Part shown: positions 24,784 to 38,759 of the stretch, piece by piece
How positions within the stretch are numbered: position 1 is the stretch's first letter
Layout of the letters: every line of letters begins with the position of its first letter
Translations under genes and position numbers: made by a program
The notes under the pieces: generated by a model
Seen by the model: only the letters and a program-made list of their open reading frames with translations
Databases searched by the model: none
What the model was told of the DNA's origin: nothing
From: Yuukianura sp. NJ FZ-2021
Lineage: Eukaryota
NCBI GenBank assembly: GCA_046563655.1
Contig: CM102288.1
Span: 2,232,001-2,296,000, forward strand
Reading direction: 5' to 3'
DNA: 64,000 nucleotides

Positions 24784-27700
24784 ATGGCGGAAGTACTGCT
24801 GACGGATACGAGCAGTTGTATACCTTTAATTTCACATCTACTGAATGTATCAATTTCTATTGGCGAAGAAAATGGAGCTCAAGCGATCAGCGATGGACTT
24901 GACAGACCCTATTTACTGGACACCAGTCACTATTTGGGAGAATTGGCGCTTGAAGGAACAACTCCAGACGCTGAAAACGTTATTTCCTTGGCATGCTCAG
25001 AAGTAATTGGAATTCATGTTTCTGGTGCTTACAAGAGTCCACCGAAAGATACTCAAGGCACACCAATGGAAGGGACTGGCGGAGAACTGTCCAATGCTAC
25101 AAATTTATTGCTAGGCTACAGTGGATTTGAAACTGCCGAGGTCAACGATGCCAGTATTCTTACAAATTGGTTCCTGGAGACGCTGGAGAGGTCATATGAA
25201 TACGATCGAAAGAATCCACGGGTTAGATCAAACAAAAAAGAAATTAATGATTGTAACACCTTCAGGTTCCTAGATATTCAATTCAATTTTTCTGTTTTTT
25301 GGTTGTTCAACAGCAAAGCACCACAAGTCCTTACCGGGAAATCCTGCATTTAGTTCGTGTCCGGAGTACAGACTACATTGGGCTAATTTTACAAGGAATA
25401 TTTTGTGAAACACCGAACACAACGTCGCCACTGCTTGCCCCACTGCTGAATCAAGTCCTCCCAACAGAACTTCTAAGTACACTAGCATCCAAGTATGCTT
25501 CAGACTTCCCAGTCTTTCAAAGAATGTTTGATCCACTTCTGCGCGGACTGTGGATACGCATGAAGGCAGGGTCCATTGTTAACAGTCAGCATCGGTCACC
25601 ACTCACAGCTCTTCAAGTTTTGACTGACCTCAAATTGTCCAATAACTCGAGACCTTTTGCTCAACTCATTTCGTTGCAGGTAAGCACTTTACAATAAACG
25701 TTTTTAAAGTTTCACTCAACGCAACGATTTCACTAAAATTTCGTTTCTTTTTCAGCCCAATTTTATTCCGGAACTCTTGACCAAGGCCATTGGCAATGAA
25801 ATTGGAAATGTCTCCTACTTGGCTCCATTTTTCAATGTTTCTATTCTGTACGAAGATGATCATAAGCTGGGAGATCAGTTTTTTAGCGTCCAAAGCCCTG
25901 CCGAAACATCAGTAGTCAATACTCTCGTTCGGGAAATCGAATTCTCCAGGGTATGTAAAAATCGATTTTTAGCAACAAAACAAGTTTTATTTATAAGTTT
26001 ATTGTGATTTTGCAGACCGTTCTACATAAAATTACACACGGAATACTTTCTAACACATCATCGAGGGAAAGGTGCATAGAATTCCTCGCGTCAATTCTAA
26101 ATAAGAATTCAAGTCGAACCAAGATGCAAGCTGATCGTCGATTGAATACCTCCGATGGACCAATGCTCAATTACTTGGCTGTGTTCCAAGTCCTATGCCT
26201 CAAAGTCACCATGGACAAAGTTGACACGTTCTATCCGTTCCACCCAAAATGTCAAGTTGACCTCAAGAGTGACACCAGAATCAACTCATCGTCACAAGAA
26301 CTAGAAGAATGGGTTACATCTCTTGGTAACAACATCGTTCCAAACCTATTTTCGTCATTATCCAACCCATAATTGGAATTGAACATAACAATTTTCTGGT
26401 TTTACAGCCAATGATAGCTGGATAGAACCGAAGTTTCCTACAATTTGTTGGTTTTTGACGATTCAAGCTCATCACATCGCTCTCATTCCCGCAATCAACA
26501 CTTACACCAGACTCCTAAGACATCTTCGAGAACTTCAAAAAATGATTGCAGAGCTGGATGCGACTCAAAACATTTGGAGTGCCGGGAGATTAGCGGAAAG
26601 GAATAAGCGCCTTCTCAAGCGATGGAAACACGACGTTAAGGTGAGACTTTTACGATTAATAAGTTGCAATTAAAGTTAACTAACTTCGTTTTTTTTCTGT
26701 TGTTCTAGCTGATGACTCAGAGCAAGTTGAGCACAGAAGCTGTTTTGCTTCATGGAGACTTTTTGAGAAACTGCATGGCACATTACTCGTCAGTCGCTGT
26801 TTATCTGAATAGCATCATAGTGCCCGCACGTGCCTTTGTTGATGGTTATCCAGAAATGCCACTGTCACCAGACGTCCCGCCACTCTTTGCTAATTTACCA
26901 GAGTGGTATGTGGAGGATATCGCTGAATTTCTGCTCTTCTGTCTCCAGTAAGTCAACAGTTTTGACTATTTGCAGCGATTCATTGAAGTTTATTGACTCA
27001 ATTGTTTGTGGTTTTTTAGATACGCTCCAGGAGTGGTGATGGAAGGACTAACAGAGTCGATGATTCTTTGGCTACTACTCATGCTATGTACTTCTTATTA
27101 CATGAGGAATCCATATCTGGTAGCCAAACTTGTCGAGGTCCTTTTTGTGATCAATCCACATTTACAATCTGGACGAACAGAGGAACTGCATACAAGGATC
27201 ATGGCTCATCCAATTGCTGAGAAGTACTTGGCGTCAGCTCTGATGAAGTTTTATACTGACGTGGAAACTACTGGGGCCAATACAGAGTTCTACGACAAGT
27301 TCTCAATTCGATATCACATCAGTATAATTCTCAAGTCAATGTGGCAAAGTCATGTTCACAGGTAATCTTTCTGTAGGAAAAATTCATTCTTCGTTCTTGT
27401 CTTTAGTACTACTAACCACCTTTTTTCAACTATAATAAGACGAAACTATAGTTACCTTTTTTTTTGAAAAATTTCAGAGCGGCAATCATCAATGAATCCA
27501 AATCTGGAAATCAATTTGTCCGATTTGTGAACATGCTCATGAACGACACTACATTCCTTTTGGATGAAAGTTTGGAGTCTCTCAAGGTAAGATCTCTGCC
27601 CGTAACAAACGTATTGTAAACGTTATTTTAATGATTTTTTATGAATTTCAGCGAATTCACGAAACGCAAGAACTTCAAGCTAACACCGCGGAATGGGTGC

Positions 27701-28720
27701 GCCTTGGACAAGAGCAACAACAGAATCGTCAGCGTCAACTTCAAGTTGATGAGCGACAGTGTCGAAGTTACTTGACATTGGCCCGTGAAACTGTGGACAT
27801 GTTTCACCGGTAAACATAGAGCTTTATATTAACCTCTGAATTGACATTAAATTTTTCTATTCTTTAGATTGACGGAACACATTCACGAGCCTTTTCTTCG
27901 CCCCGAATTGGCCGGACGCCTTGCAGCAATGTTAAACTTCAATTTGACACAACTCTGTGGACCAAAATGTAAAAACTTAAAAGTTAAGAATCCAGAAAAG
28001 TATGGATGGGAACCAAGGACACTACTGGGACAACTGGCGGACATCTACTGGCATCTTGACTGTGACGAATTCGCAGCAGCGCTGGCCGCAGATGAGGTAA
28101 GTTCTATCAATCTAAGTTCCCAGAAATTCTCAAATTAACTCAATTTTCTGTTTTTCAGCGTTCGTTTCGCCAAGAACTGTTCGAAGAAGCTGCTGCTCGG
28201 ATGGAAAAGGCCAACATTCGCTATGGAGCTCCTCTAGCACAATTTAGAGCCTTAGGTCAAAAGGCACAGCGCATTGTGATACAAAATCTAAAACAAGATA
28301 CAGACTACAGCGATGCTCCTGAAGAATTTCGAGGTAAATTTTCGTTGGCTAATAAACTCTAAACTAATTAACGTTATCACAATTAACTAAATGACTTATC
28401 TTTTCTCTGTTAAATGTTTTTCAGATCCATTGATGGATGAGATCATGCAGGATCCAGTAATTTTACCAAGTGGAAAAGTTATGGATCGTTCTGTTATCAT
28501 GCGACATCTTCTCAATTCTTCAACAGATCCGTTCAATCGACAGCCCTTGTCTGGTAACTTACTTTAGTTAATTACATAATTAACGTTAAAATGTTAGTTA
28601 AAACATACTTGAATTGAAGTTTATGTTTGAATTGCAGAGGAAATGCTAGTGACAAACAACGAATTGAAAATTAGGATTCAAGAATGGAAAGCGAAGAAAG
28701 GTCAATCCCCACCGTCGTAA
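24784..28720 (+). CDS. UBE4B: Ubiquitin conjugation factor E4 B (Ufd2; U-box), 12 coding exons
   Basis: [108 protein letters not shown]-box [24 protein letters not shown]...[16 protein letters not shown]. Confidence 0.95.
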
Positions 28721-29215
28721 AAGAACGTCAAGGTCAGTACTCTTATACTTGCCTCCTCCTCGAGAACATTCGCTGTTAAATACTAATTAGTGCGTTAATT
28801 TAGTTAATCACACAATATCGCTGCTTTCACTGTCCTATCCAAGTTCAAACTTTTCTATTGTCAACGGCTGTCCTTACTAAAATGACACTGATATAACATC
28901 ATCAAAATCGTTCCGACTTTGGGGGAAAAGTCGTCATTAACAATCATATGCTATGATTTTATAAGTTTCCCTCTCCTGAGTTTGAGTTTTTAGTTGTGTA
29001 TTTATTAGGGAGTAACAATTATTAATTGTTTAAGATTTAAATGTTTTGAAATTGGTATTGGGGGATTGCCAATTATAATTATTATCAAATAATTAATCTA
29101 AAAGACTAAGAAACTGTATATAGTATAGAATTATTTAAGAAGATTTAAATAATAATAATACTTGTATGATAAGTACAAGTTCCGACATTATTGACGACTT
29201 TTAATGTTTGGGATA

Positions 29216-30807
29216 CTAACGACACAGAGTGGCATCAATTTGTGTCAGTCCAGGGAGTGCCAGCTTGACCTTGCGACGGTAGTTGGGGTCATGACCGTTG
29301 TGCCAAATAGGATTCTGTTCCAGGTAGATTGTACGAAGAGGAACGGAATTAATGTTGTCCAGTTGAGACCATTCGGATATCAAGTTACTGTTGATCTAAA
29401 TAGTAATAATGCGGGATTTTAGTTTAGTTTTATAGGGGCAATGTGAAACATTGTTTTTCAGTACCCAGAATTCTTCGAGTTTCTCCAATTGCCGAATATT
29501 CTCAATGACCTTGATTTGGTTATTGGCCAAATCCAGTGTCTGCAAAAGCGTCAACGTCGAAAGTCCTTCCATTTTGGTAATGGCGTTGTTTGACAAGTAA
29601 AGTTGTTCCAGACTTGTCAGTGCTTCCAGTCCCTCAATTTTTGTTATACGATTGCTTTGCAAGCTAAGGAGGCGCAGATTTACTAATTTGTCCAGTCCCT
29701 GGATTTTAGTAATTTTGTTCTTCCCCAAGTACAACTCGGTTAAGTTAACGAGAGGGTCCAGCTTCTCAATTACCTAAAGATTGAAACAGAATTAAGGCTA
29801 ACTATTAAGTTAAGAACGTTGTGTCACGAAAGTTTTTAGAGTTACTCGAATCTTTAAGTCACCGAGCTCCAGCATTTGCAAACCGGTCAAATCCTCCAGG
29901 TTTTCAATCTTCGAAATTTTGTTTGCACAAAGGTAGAGCTTCTTGAGACGTTGGAGTGCAGCCAAGTTTTGGATTGCGCGGATTCGGTTGAAGGAAACGT
30001 CAAGGATTCTAAAACGATAAACATAAAGTTCTGTTGATTCCAAGCAATTTATTATGTTTTTGAAGGTTGAACTCACTCTAAGTTTTGAAGCTGATCCAAA
30101 TTCTCCAGTACTGCAATTTGGTTGTCATACATGTCCAGCTCCCTTAGAGTTGTCAGCCCGCTAAGGTTCTCAATTTTCTTGATCTGGTTCCAACGAAGGG
30201 ACAAAACTTCCAGCTTATGAAGTGGTTCCAAGCCTTCTATCTTCTGGAGACGATGATGGTTCAAATCCAGATCGGTCTCTTCCGGGTCAATTATGGTTGT
30301 TTCAATAGGTGATGGGGGAATACCGATACCATTGGCAGCGCTGGCAGCTGACGGTCTTGCACCCATGACGGGGAATACACTGCTATTCCTATTCCCCTCA
30401 TCATCCGTGTCATCTTCAGAAGTACTTCTTTCTACAAACCAAAAGCATATAAATCATTACCATTTATTTCAATAATTGACTTCCAGGCCTCGTCATACCC
30501 ATGTCTACAGATACATTTGCTTCGTCACCATTCCTGATGACATTTGATTCAGCTCTGGCGTCGTATGCTTCTGCTTGCGCTCCCCCCTCCGATGTTTTAA
30601 ACATGTCTAACAGCCGTGTAAAACGTTAGGATTTGGACACATTAGGGTTCCCCATCGACCAAACTTACACTTAATTAATGGAGAGACCTTACCGTCGCTA
30701 ACGTTTTCCATCTTTTCAGGGTTCGACCGATCCAGGCTGTCACCTTCTCCTGTGAGGAGATCTGACTTTGTGGGTAATGGGCTTTGTTGTTGTTCTTCTG
30801 CCGACAT
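29216..30807 (-). CDS. PPP1R7: Protein phosphatase 1 regulatory subunit 7 (Sds22)
   Basis: Acidic N-terminus; DLDLNHHRLQKIEGL; LSLRWNQIKKIENL; LDVSFNRI; LYLGKNKITKI; LSLQSNRITKIEGL; LRR cap IYLEQNP...YRRKVKLALPGLTQIDATLCR*. Confidence 0.93.
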
Positions 30808-31364
30808 TTTTTTTTATAAATTATAACCTGTAAACACGTTAGTTAATTAGATAATCAAACCACCTCAATTCCTGACGAATTCTATAAAAACGTTTACTCT
30901 GGAATCACCAGACAGCCTCGCTCGATTGACAAGTTCCTGAAGTCCGACTAAAAATTCCGTTAAGGTTCCAGTTGTCACCCACCACTTTTTCATTTTTTCC
31001 ATTTTATTGGAATTACATGGGAATTAATTTTCATATCGAATTGCATTGATAACCACTGCTAACATGTAAGGAATGCATCAAAGGGGGTTACATTACTAAG
31101 AAAATACTAGTGCAAATTTAACTACATAGTTAATTAATGATTTAATTACGTCTAATTAAGTTTTTAGCAATTTTATTGTAAAAAGGTTCCTGCTAGTATA
31201 ATATTCTTTTTTGCTTTGTTGCCCACCTATGCCTTGAGGTAGTTTGGATGCTGTGCAGGGACTTTTAGTGCAACGGATAACGGGTCGACGATCATCTGTT
31301 TTTGTGTAAATAAATCTAAAAGTAATTTAACTTCGCTTCAGTTTGTTAATTAATCGGTCCAACT

Positions 31365-32971
31365 ATGGCCGCGGTGTCGCTGAACCGATTGACGAAACCG
31401 TTGGCCAAGTTGCTCTTGTCCAGACCATCCCTGAACAACACCCGGGTGGCTTTTATTTGTGGAAAGGCTCTTCGTCCGGATAACTATGAACGTTATCCGC
31501 CATGGCCATATGAAGGTAAGGTTATTCTAGCATTCTACACACTCAATCTCTTCTTTGTAATCGGTTTTAACTAAAACTTATATTGTAGAAAAAAGTTACA
31601 CCAATTTCCATGCTCTGTTTCGTGATAACACGACAAAACGATTTGACGAGAATTCCAAAGTCATCCTAGTCGAAGGAATGCCTGGAATTGGTAAATCAGC
31701 GTTTGCTAAAACTCTGGCAGAAGATTTGGACATGATGTATTTCCCAATGGTAACAACGGATTTGATTTACATCAATTACTACGGATATGATTTGCGAAAA
31801 CTGGATCCGGAGTTACCGAAAGGCGCTCGGAGCTTTGACGAAAAACGATTTTTTAGGGTAATACACTTGTGATATAAGTAGTTTTTCATAAATATGGTAT
31901 TTAATGGCCATTTTCTTAACTACAGGAGCCCAAAAACAGCAAGAATATAGTGCTTCAGACTAACCTCCTCATTCTCAAGACGCACCAGTACTATGATGCC
32001 TTAGCTCACATTTTGAACACTGGTCAAGGAGTTGTCATTGAAAGGAGTCCTTATTCTGACTTTGTCTTTCCCGAAGCAATGCACGCCTGCAAATACATGG
32101 ATAAAACAGGTACATAATTTTATCTCACGTTCTATCTCAAGTTCTATAATGCCACAGTCTATCGTCTGATCAAAGTTTGTGTTAAACATCTTGATTAACT
32201 TGACTATTTTTAGCGTACAACGCTTACAACAGCTACTACAACACGTTGACAAAGTTGTTGCTAAAACCTCATCTCGTTGTCTACTTGGATGCTCCAAATC
32301 ACATCATTTACGACAATTTGAAAAAGAGAGGCCAGGGAGAAGAAAATGCAATTACGCCGGAGTTCCTCGACGCCATGGAGGAGAAGTACAAGTTTAAATT
32401 CTTGAAAGACATTGAACAGCACGCAGAAGTTTTGATCTACGATTGGTCTGAACCTGGAGACGTTGAAGTTATTGTCGAAGACATTGAGAGAATTGACTTC
32501 GATCGATGGGAAACGGATGCTGACAAGCATCATCCCAAGATGAAGGACTGGAGATGGGAAACTGAGGAGGATGCGAATGAGGCCCGATGGGAGTAAGATA
32601 GACTTTACTTTTCATAAAGTAATTAAATGCTCAACTTACATTTGATTAATTGTTTGCAGATACACCCACAAGAAGCCTGAGCGGATAAGTGGCGCTTGCC
32701 TTGAAGCAGTTACGTTTGATTGTGACGCAGAGTTTATGAGCGCAGAGGATCACCAGGCTCTACAGGCCAAGATTGCTTCAGTGAGTAGAGATTATTTTTA
32801 TTTCAAAAACGTTTTTACAACTTTTTTTTTCGACATTTTTAGCTCCCTGGAATGGAGTACGACATTGGCTTCAACCCTGACAAAGGTGACAAAGTCTTGT
32901 TTAAAGAAGATGTCATTAAGAAAGTGAAAAGGCCGAGTTTGATGAAGCGTAACTTCAATTGGACATTCTAA
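31365..32971 (+). CDS. NDUFA10: NADH dehydrogenase 1 alpha subcomplex subunit 10 (42 kDa, dNK fold), 6 exons
   Basis: Basic mitochondrial presequence; [20 protein letters not shown] (P-loop-like); [53 protein letters not shown]. Confidence 0.95.
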
Positions 32972-34553
32972 ACTCCCGCCCGCCCGACCAAGAAATAGAG
33001 AATACAAACTTTAGGACCTTCGTCGGTCCTTGAACTTTGGCCACTGATCACTTTGGATTTAGTCCCCGTCGTCACCACCTAACTTTACTGCCACTAAATT
33101 TTGATTTACTCTGGACAAAATCTAAGTTGGTTGTTCTGGGTTTGTGCTAGCGCAGCGACTCACGTAAGTCCTAAGCAGTGTTTCCGAGAGTGTAAATAAA
33201 TTAGTAACTGTAATCCCATCTTAGATTTCGCGTTGGCTGATGGCTTCAAGGGGTTTATTCGGTGGGTGTGATGTGGGTTTTAGTTAAATTATGGCCTCTG
33301 CTCGACTCCTTAATTTCCCATCCACTTTCATCTGAGCTCATTTCTCATCTCCTGGGAGAACTAAGTCTCTTCTGGCCGTATTACTACCTTGTACTTACGG
33401 TTACAGTCTCTTCTTGGACGACTGAAACGACGTTCAAGGCACAAAACCAGAGAAAACCACGCTTTGATGACTTTGGACTCTCAGAACATAAGAAGTACAT
33501 CCACAGGACTTGAAGATGAAGAAAAATCCACGATCCACAATAACGTGGATTGTGGATTGTTCCTTGTGGATTGTGGAATGGGAAAGGAAGAGAGGGGGAC
33601 TTCTTATCCACTGCAATTGTGTTTTCTTTTTTTCGGTACAGAAGAATAGGATTTGGAGAGAGGACATGAAAGATGAAGATGAAGAACACACGGGAAAGAT
33701 GATGCTCCGAGCTAAGGGACACGACACACCGGGAACAACATAAGAACAGAAATTGAGCCTTACATGGATTTTCCAAGCGAAAAGGAAGTGGACCCCTTAA
33801 AGGGGCCCTTTGCATGGTAAACAGATTCAGACAACAAGGGCATTATGAATTAATTTTCTGGAAACAGAGTAGCGTCAATTGATTCAAAATACGGATCATC
33901 AAGCATCAACACAATAATTGAGATAAACCAAACTGCAGCCTTTGTAACCATCGGCCGCCATATTTGTAATCACATGATGGCAACAATAGGTCATAAGAAT
34001 GAAACTATTCTGATGATAGATTTTGTTTTAAATTTTTGTTACCAATTGATTGCAACCAATGAAATTCAGGTTTTTCAATTTTGTAACCTTTGAAACTGTC
34101 AGGTTTTTCAAGTTTAGAATACATCTGATCATAAAAACTAGGTGGTAACGACCTTATTGCTGACAGTTACACTAGTGGTTACACTGATACTCTGGTGGTT
34201 ACAAACATTGCTGATGGTTACACTGGTAGTTACAACTGATGTATGTTTTGTTTATTTCAACCAAATACCGTAAAACTTTTCATTTTATTTAGGCTAAAAG
34301 TCGTTCGACAAACATTCGTAAAATGGAGTTCCCGGCAGTTTTTAAATTTGGCTGTTGTTGATTAGGTTGAGGTAAGGTTAGTTTGAGTTACGTGAGGTCA
34401 TAGGTCACTCCGTGACCTCGCATAGAATCGTGACCTTATGTTATTATGGTGTTTGAGTAGCTGGAAGGTAGAGTGAATGGGATTATGAAGAGAGGGGGAG
34501 AATGGGCAGCTGCAAAGTGTGTGAGGGAAGTGGCAGACAAGAGCTGCAGCTCT

Positions 34554-34853
34554 TCAGTTGAGTGTCACCCGTCGAAAGAGAAAGAGCTCTCCGCACATCT
34601 CTCTCTGCTAAAACTTAACACCAATTAATACGTCAATTAACACAACAGTAAGCATCATCTCATTTGTATCTAGTGCTTAAACATTAGTTGTGTCATGGAC
34701 ATCGTCATGTACTATCATCACAGGTTGTATCTGTAACTATATCTCATTTGTCACTGTTCTAAAGAACTAGGGATTTTGGGAGAACGACACACTTTTCCAA
34801 TTGGATTATTGGGAAGTTACTAAGTGGGTGTCAAAATCGGATCTTTTTATAAG
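34554..34853 (+). promoter_or_regulatory. Putative promoter and non-coding first exon of the RERE/Atrophin gene
   Basis: TCAGTT initiator at 34554-34559 flanked by GA-rich tracts; AAG|GTAATT donor at 34853/34854. The + strand becomes persistently G/T-rich downstream. Candidate acceptor TTTCATAG at 51438. Confidence 0.4.
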
Positions 34854-35145
34854 GTAATTCACACTTTTTTTTCAATTTGCTTGCTTTCAGAATGGTAATG
34901 CTAAAGCTAATGCATGAAAATTGAAAGTTTAAGCTAGAATTCCGTCCTATCCGTGTTCTCTAAAACTCGGACTTCGTTTTGAAATAGGGACAATAGACGA
35001 GTAGAGTTCAATTCAATAACTTTTGGATCAATTTACACAGCTCAGACGTACTGTGCTGGATTTTGTATTAAACTTTGGTGATTTTGATATTGATACGTTA
35101 GTTGTTAAGTAGTTGACCTCAAGTTGACCTTTTGCTAATATCAAA

Positions 35146-35582
35146 ATGGTTGGAGTTGTATTATCTCCAGATGAAGTACCATTTCACTACTCTTCAGTGT
35201 CCATTTTTTTTTGTAAACGGATGTGAAGAGGGTATTGATCTTCGACGTTTTTACAACGAAAATGAAACCGAATTTGTCAACTGCTGAACTTTAAAAGTGA
35301 ATCTGTGCCGACTGCAATAATTCCTTTCGGAATCGGATTCTCTCTCATACTAATGGAATGGAATCCTGGAACGACGTAAGAGTTGGATTCATTTGGACTG
35401 ATGACACAAAGGTCATGTCCCGGGACTTGTCCCTGTCTGCACAAGTCAAGAGCATGGAAGGAATCTCTGACGACGAGTCCTATATCATGTCCCATTGTTC
35501 CTACAAAAACTTTTGTTTTTTGAGAAATTTGTGGGACATGAGAGCTATGGTGGAAGAAGACATTCCAAGAGATGAGGCTTGA
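35146..35582 (+). pseudogene. Possible decayed coding fragment of unknown family
   Basis: Protein-like stretches in different frames, separated by a T-run, a stop and frameshifts: MVGVVLSPDEVPFHYSS / GCEEGIDLRRFYNENETEFV / ESWNDVRVGFIWTDDTKV...NFCFLRNLWDMRAMVEEDIPRDEA*. Confidence 0.3.
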
Positions 35583-38441
35583 GGCTCTCTTAAAAGTCTC
35601 AGAATTTTGTGCTAAGAAGTCCTAAGTCTTTGAGTTAATGCGAAAAACTAAAAAAAAGTTGGCAAAAACGAATCCATTTTGCATTAGATTCTTTGCGAAA
35701 TAGAAAGGAGGAAGGCGGTTTTTTGTTCTCTCATTTGTCCTCGTTTTCACATTTCTTTTTTCTCTTTGACTTTTTAGTCTCTGCTGGCTGGTGTGGCCGT
35801 GTTTAGATGAATGGAGATTAGATTCGTCTTTATTCGGTCCGCTTTTGATGTTCTTTCATGACTTTTTGAGATTTTTCTCTTGTGTTCATGCTTTTTAGTG
35901 ATGAATGTGTAAACGATGGTTCATTGTTTTAGTTTTCACAATTTATTTATAACTTTCAGCTTAAATTTTTGGTCAAACAGTCCGAAAACGTGTGTTTTTG
36001 CAATAACGGCACAATTTTTGCTTGGTGCAAAATTCGCACTGCAAGGTATAAATTATTATTATAACTTAAACTATTATTATTTATGACGAAAAGTTGGTGA
36101 TTATTACACAACAATGTATTAGTTTTGAACAATGATGAGATAGGAATGTTTTGATTGGTTGAGCGGTGCTTTAAGAGTGCGAGAGATCCTAATCATGAAA
36201 ATCTTTTAATCACACAAAGTGTGTTGCATAATAAGAGGAGAGTTTACACATGAGCAAATTAATTTCATTTCAAAGTTTGATACATGTTTGTGTTTTTTTG
36301 AGAAGAGAGACGTAGACGACGACGTGTTTCCCTTGTGGTTATGGTTGGTTCTTCGCTTGTTGCTTTTTGAAGAGAGTTCAAAGTCTAAAACGTACTAAAA
36401 GGAGGCTAAGGTTAGGTTTATGAGAATAATATTTAAAGATGACACGGAGGCATCCAACCATGTCACACAAACGAATAAGGACGAGATTAATTGTCATGTT
36501 CAAGTCGCCACGGTGGGTGACCCCAAGGGGTCATCATGCACCGTCCAAGTTTCACGGTGCAACGCAATCTCCCTAAAGCATGGTCGTTAATTTTTAAAAA
36601 CTTTAAAGTCAAAACGTCTTTTTCTTGTTCATATTAGCTTCTTCTTCCTACTTTGGAGTTTGGGTGACTTTGATTTAACTCAAATTCCTAAAAGTGTTAA
36701 GTAATGATTTAAACTTAATTAGTTAAAACTACTTCCTGAATTAGTTAAACGTTAAAGTTGAAGAGATTCGATTGGTGCGGCTTTTTTCATCAAAGGACAA
36801 ACGGGTTTAATTTTTTTGCAATTAGGAGTTTTCGATTTTTCTTGAAAGTGCAGAATATTTGATTTTCTTGATTTTTAAGTTGAAAAGTGAGGTTTAATGC
36901 AAAAACCGGGTAGAAATATTTGATTGCAACTATATTTTTTGTATTGTGTGGATTGTTTGGAATTTTGTGAGGAATTAAGATGGTAATTCTTTTGGGTTAA
37001 AGGATCTTGTTGTTCTTCATCTTCTTAAAAACTAAAAGGAAGATCAGAGCAGGAGAGAGAGAGTGCAATTACGAGTGAAGCGGAGTTTTAGGGGAAGCAA
37101 TTTATTATTGAGAATCCCTTCAAGGCGGAACTCAAACTTTTATTACCCTTGGCAGGTCTCTCCTGTACTACTCTGTCCAACAACGACTTCTTTTTCTATT
37201 GTCTCTTTTCTATAGCAATAGTTACTCCCTCCAACAACCTCAGTAACAGGCGCACAGGCCAACGGCTGGACTCTGGGTTAACATTTCTTCCAGTTTGATT
37301 TTGATCTGTCCACAAATCCAAATGTCCTCTCATCTTCTTCTCAAATTCGTCATTTACTAGGACTTTAGTGACATAACCTTGTCAACATTCCGAAGATCGA
37401 AGGAATAAAGTCATAACCTAATGTAATAGTCTTGCAAAGTTATGTTTATTAGGTTAGGTTTTGATCGTTAGGGAACTCCAGGTCATCAGATTACGTTAGT
37501 TCGGTTGATGTATAGTCAGGGAGCAGCATGAAAATTTTTTTCGGATTCACTAAAAATGTTGCTAATGCTGAACAGTTTGCTGATATTCAGGTTTTCATCC
37601 AAATGCTCTGATCTTTCGGTCGGAAAAGTAATTTTTGTTCTTGTTTGTTTGTTTTTTGGGTAAAATTCGTGTGAATTTTGGAGTTTTATTTTATTGTTTC
37701 TGGGTTGAAAATGTTAAAATTCGACGAAAACAATGACCTATTTTGGCTAAATTTTTGGAAGGCCGCCGAGGGCTTTTAATTTTTTTCGGGTCAGTTTTTT
37801 GTATTGACAAGGACTTGGAGTAGTTGAAGTTTTTTGAATTTTGAGCAGAAGTTGGACAGTGGACTTTAGTTGAACTAAGTTTTTGAAGGTTTCTTTTGTG
37901 TAAAGTGGAAGGGTCTGGGCCCTTAAGATTAAAAGTTGAAAGGGAAGGAAGTGGAGACAGTTGGAAGAAGAACCTAACCTAACATAGTGTAGACAGGGAA
38001 GATTCAAGGGACGACACGAACTTTTACAAGTTACAAATGGAGTGTGCTGGACTAGTACTTGCAAGTACATGGTTGCTACTGGAGGATTCCAAAGTGTTTT
38101 TGTAATTAATTGCGTTAAGGAGAGACAGGAGGTCAATAAAAATAACGCCAAAGAATGTTTTGTAGACATGGCAACGACTGAGAAATGAGAATTTAGAACT
38201 ACGTAATCATGAAAAACCCAAACGGGTGGATTCTTTACGATTGAAATTTTGCACAACTCACGCTAACTCGCGAATCACTGCGTTAAATTTCAAATTTGAG
38301 AAACGTTTGCGTTTTTTCTAAAACTGCCAGACGAAGTGGATGAGCCATTTCTTAGCCTCACCTCTCAGGTTGCCCCAACTCTTGGTGACGTAATACGAAA
38401 TTGTAAATTGTAAACAAGAAATTCGTGAACTCTGACCCAAT

Positions 38442-38759
38442 CTTCTGGTGCATTTCCTGTATGATTGGTTAGGCGCTCAAAAAACTACGACCACACTTTT
38501 CGCATTAGCACACGATGATGATCAAAACATCGGACAACTAGGTGACGGAAAGAGTACCCTTCGCCCAGAAAACCTAGTTTTTCTAGATTTTCCCGAGGAT
38601 TTCAGAAACATTTTCCGGAAAACTTAAGTTTTCTGGACGAAGGGCACTGTTTTCGTCACCTAGTTGTCCGATGTTTTGATCATCATCGTGTGCTAATGCG
38701 AAAAGTGTGGTCGTAGTTTTTTGAGCGCCTAACCAATCTTACAGGAGATGCACCAGAAG
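38442..38759. repeat. Long inverted repeat (~140-bp arms, ~30-nt loop): foldback/MITE or hairpin RNA
   Basis: 38463-38547 (85 nt) is exactly reverse-complementary to the right arm; the outer and inner parts of the arms match with scattered mismatches. Confidence 0.92.

Noticed and set aside
29846..29875. Sds22 LRR reading LELGDLKIR, lacking the consensus Asn
   Set aside because: A single-residue deviation or base-call issue; the gene is otherwise intact.
33262..33815. Several overlapping short ORFs downstream of NDUFA10
   Set aside because: Low-complexity purine-rich sequence, with no coherent splice model or recognisable protein.
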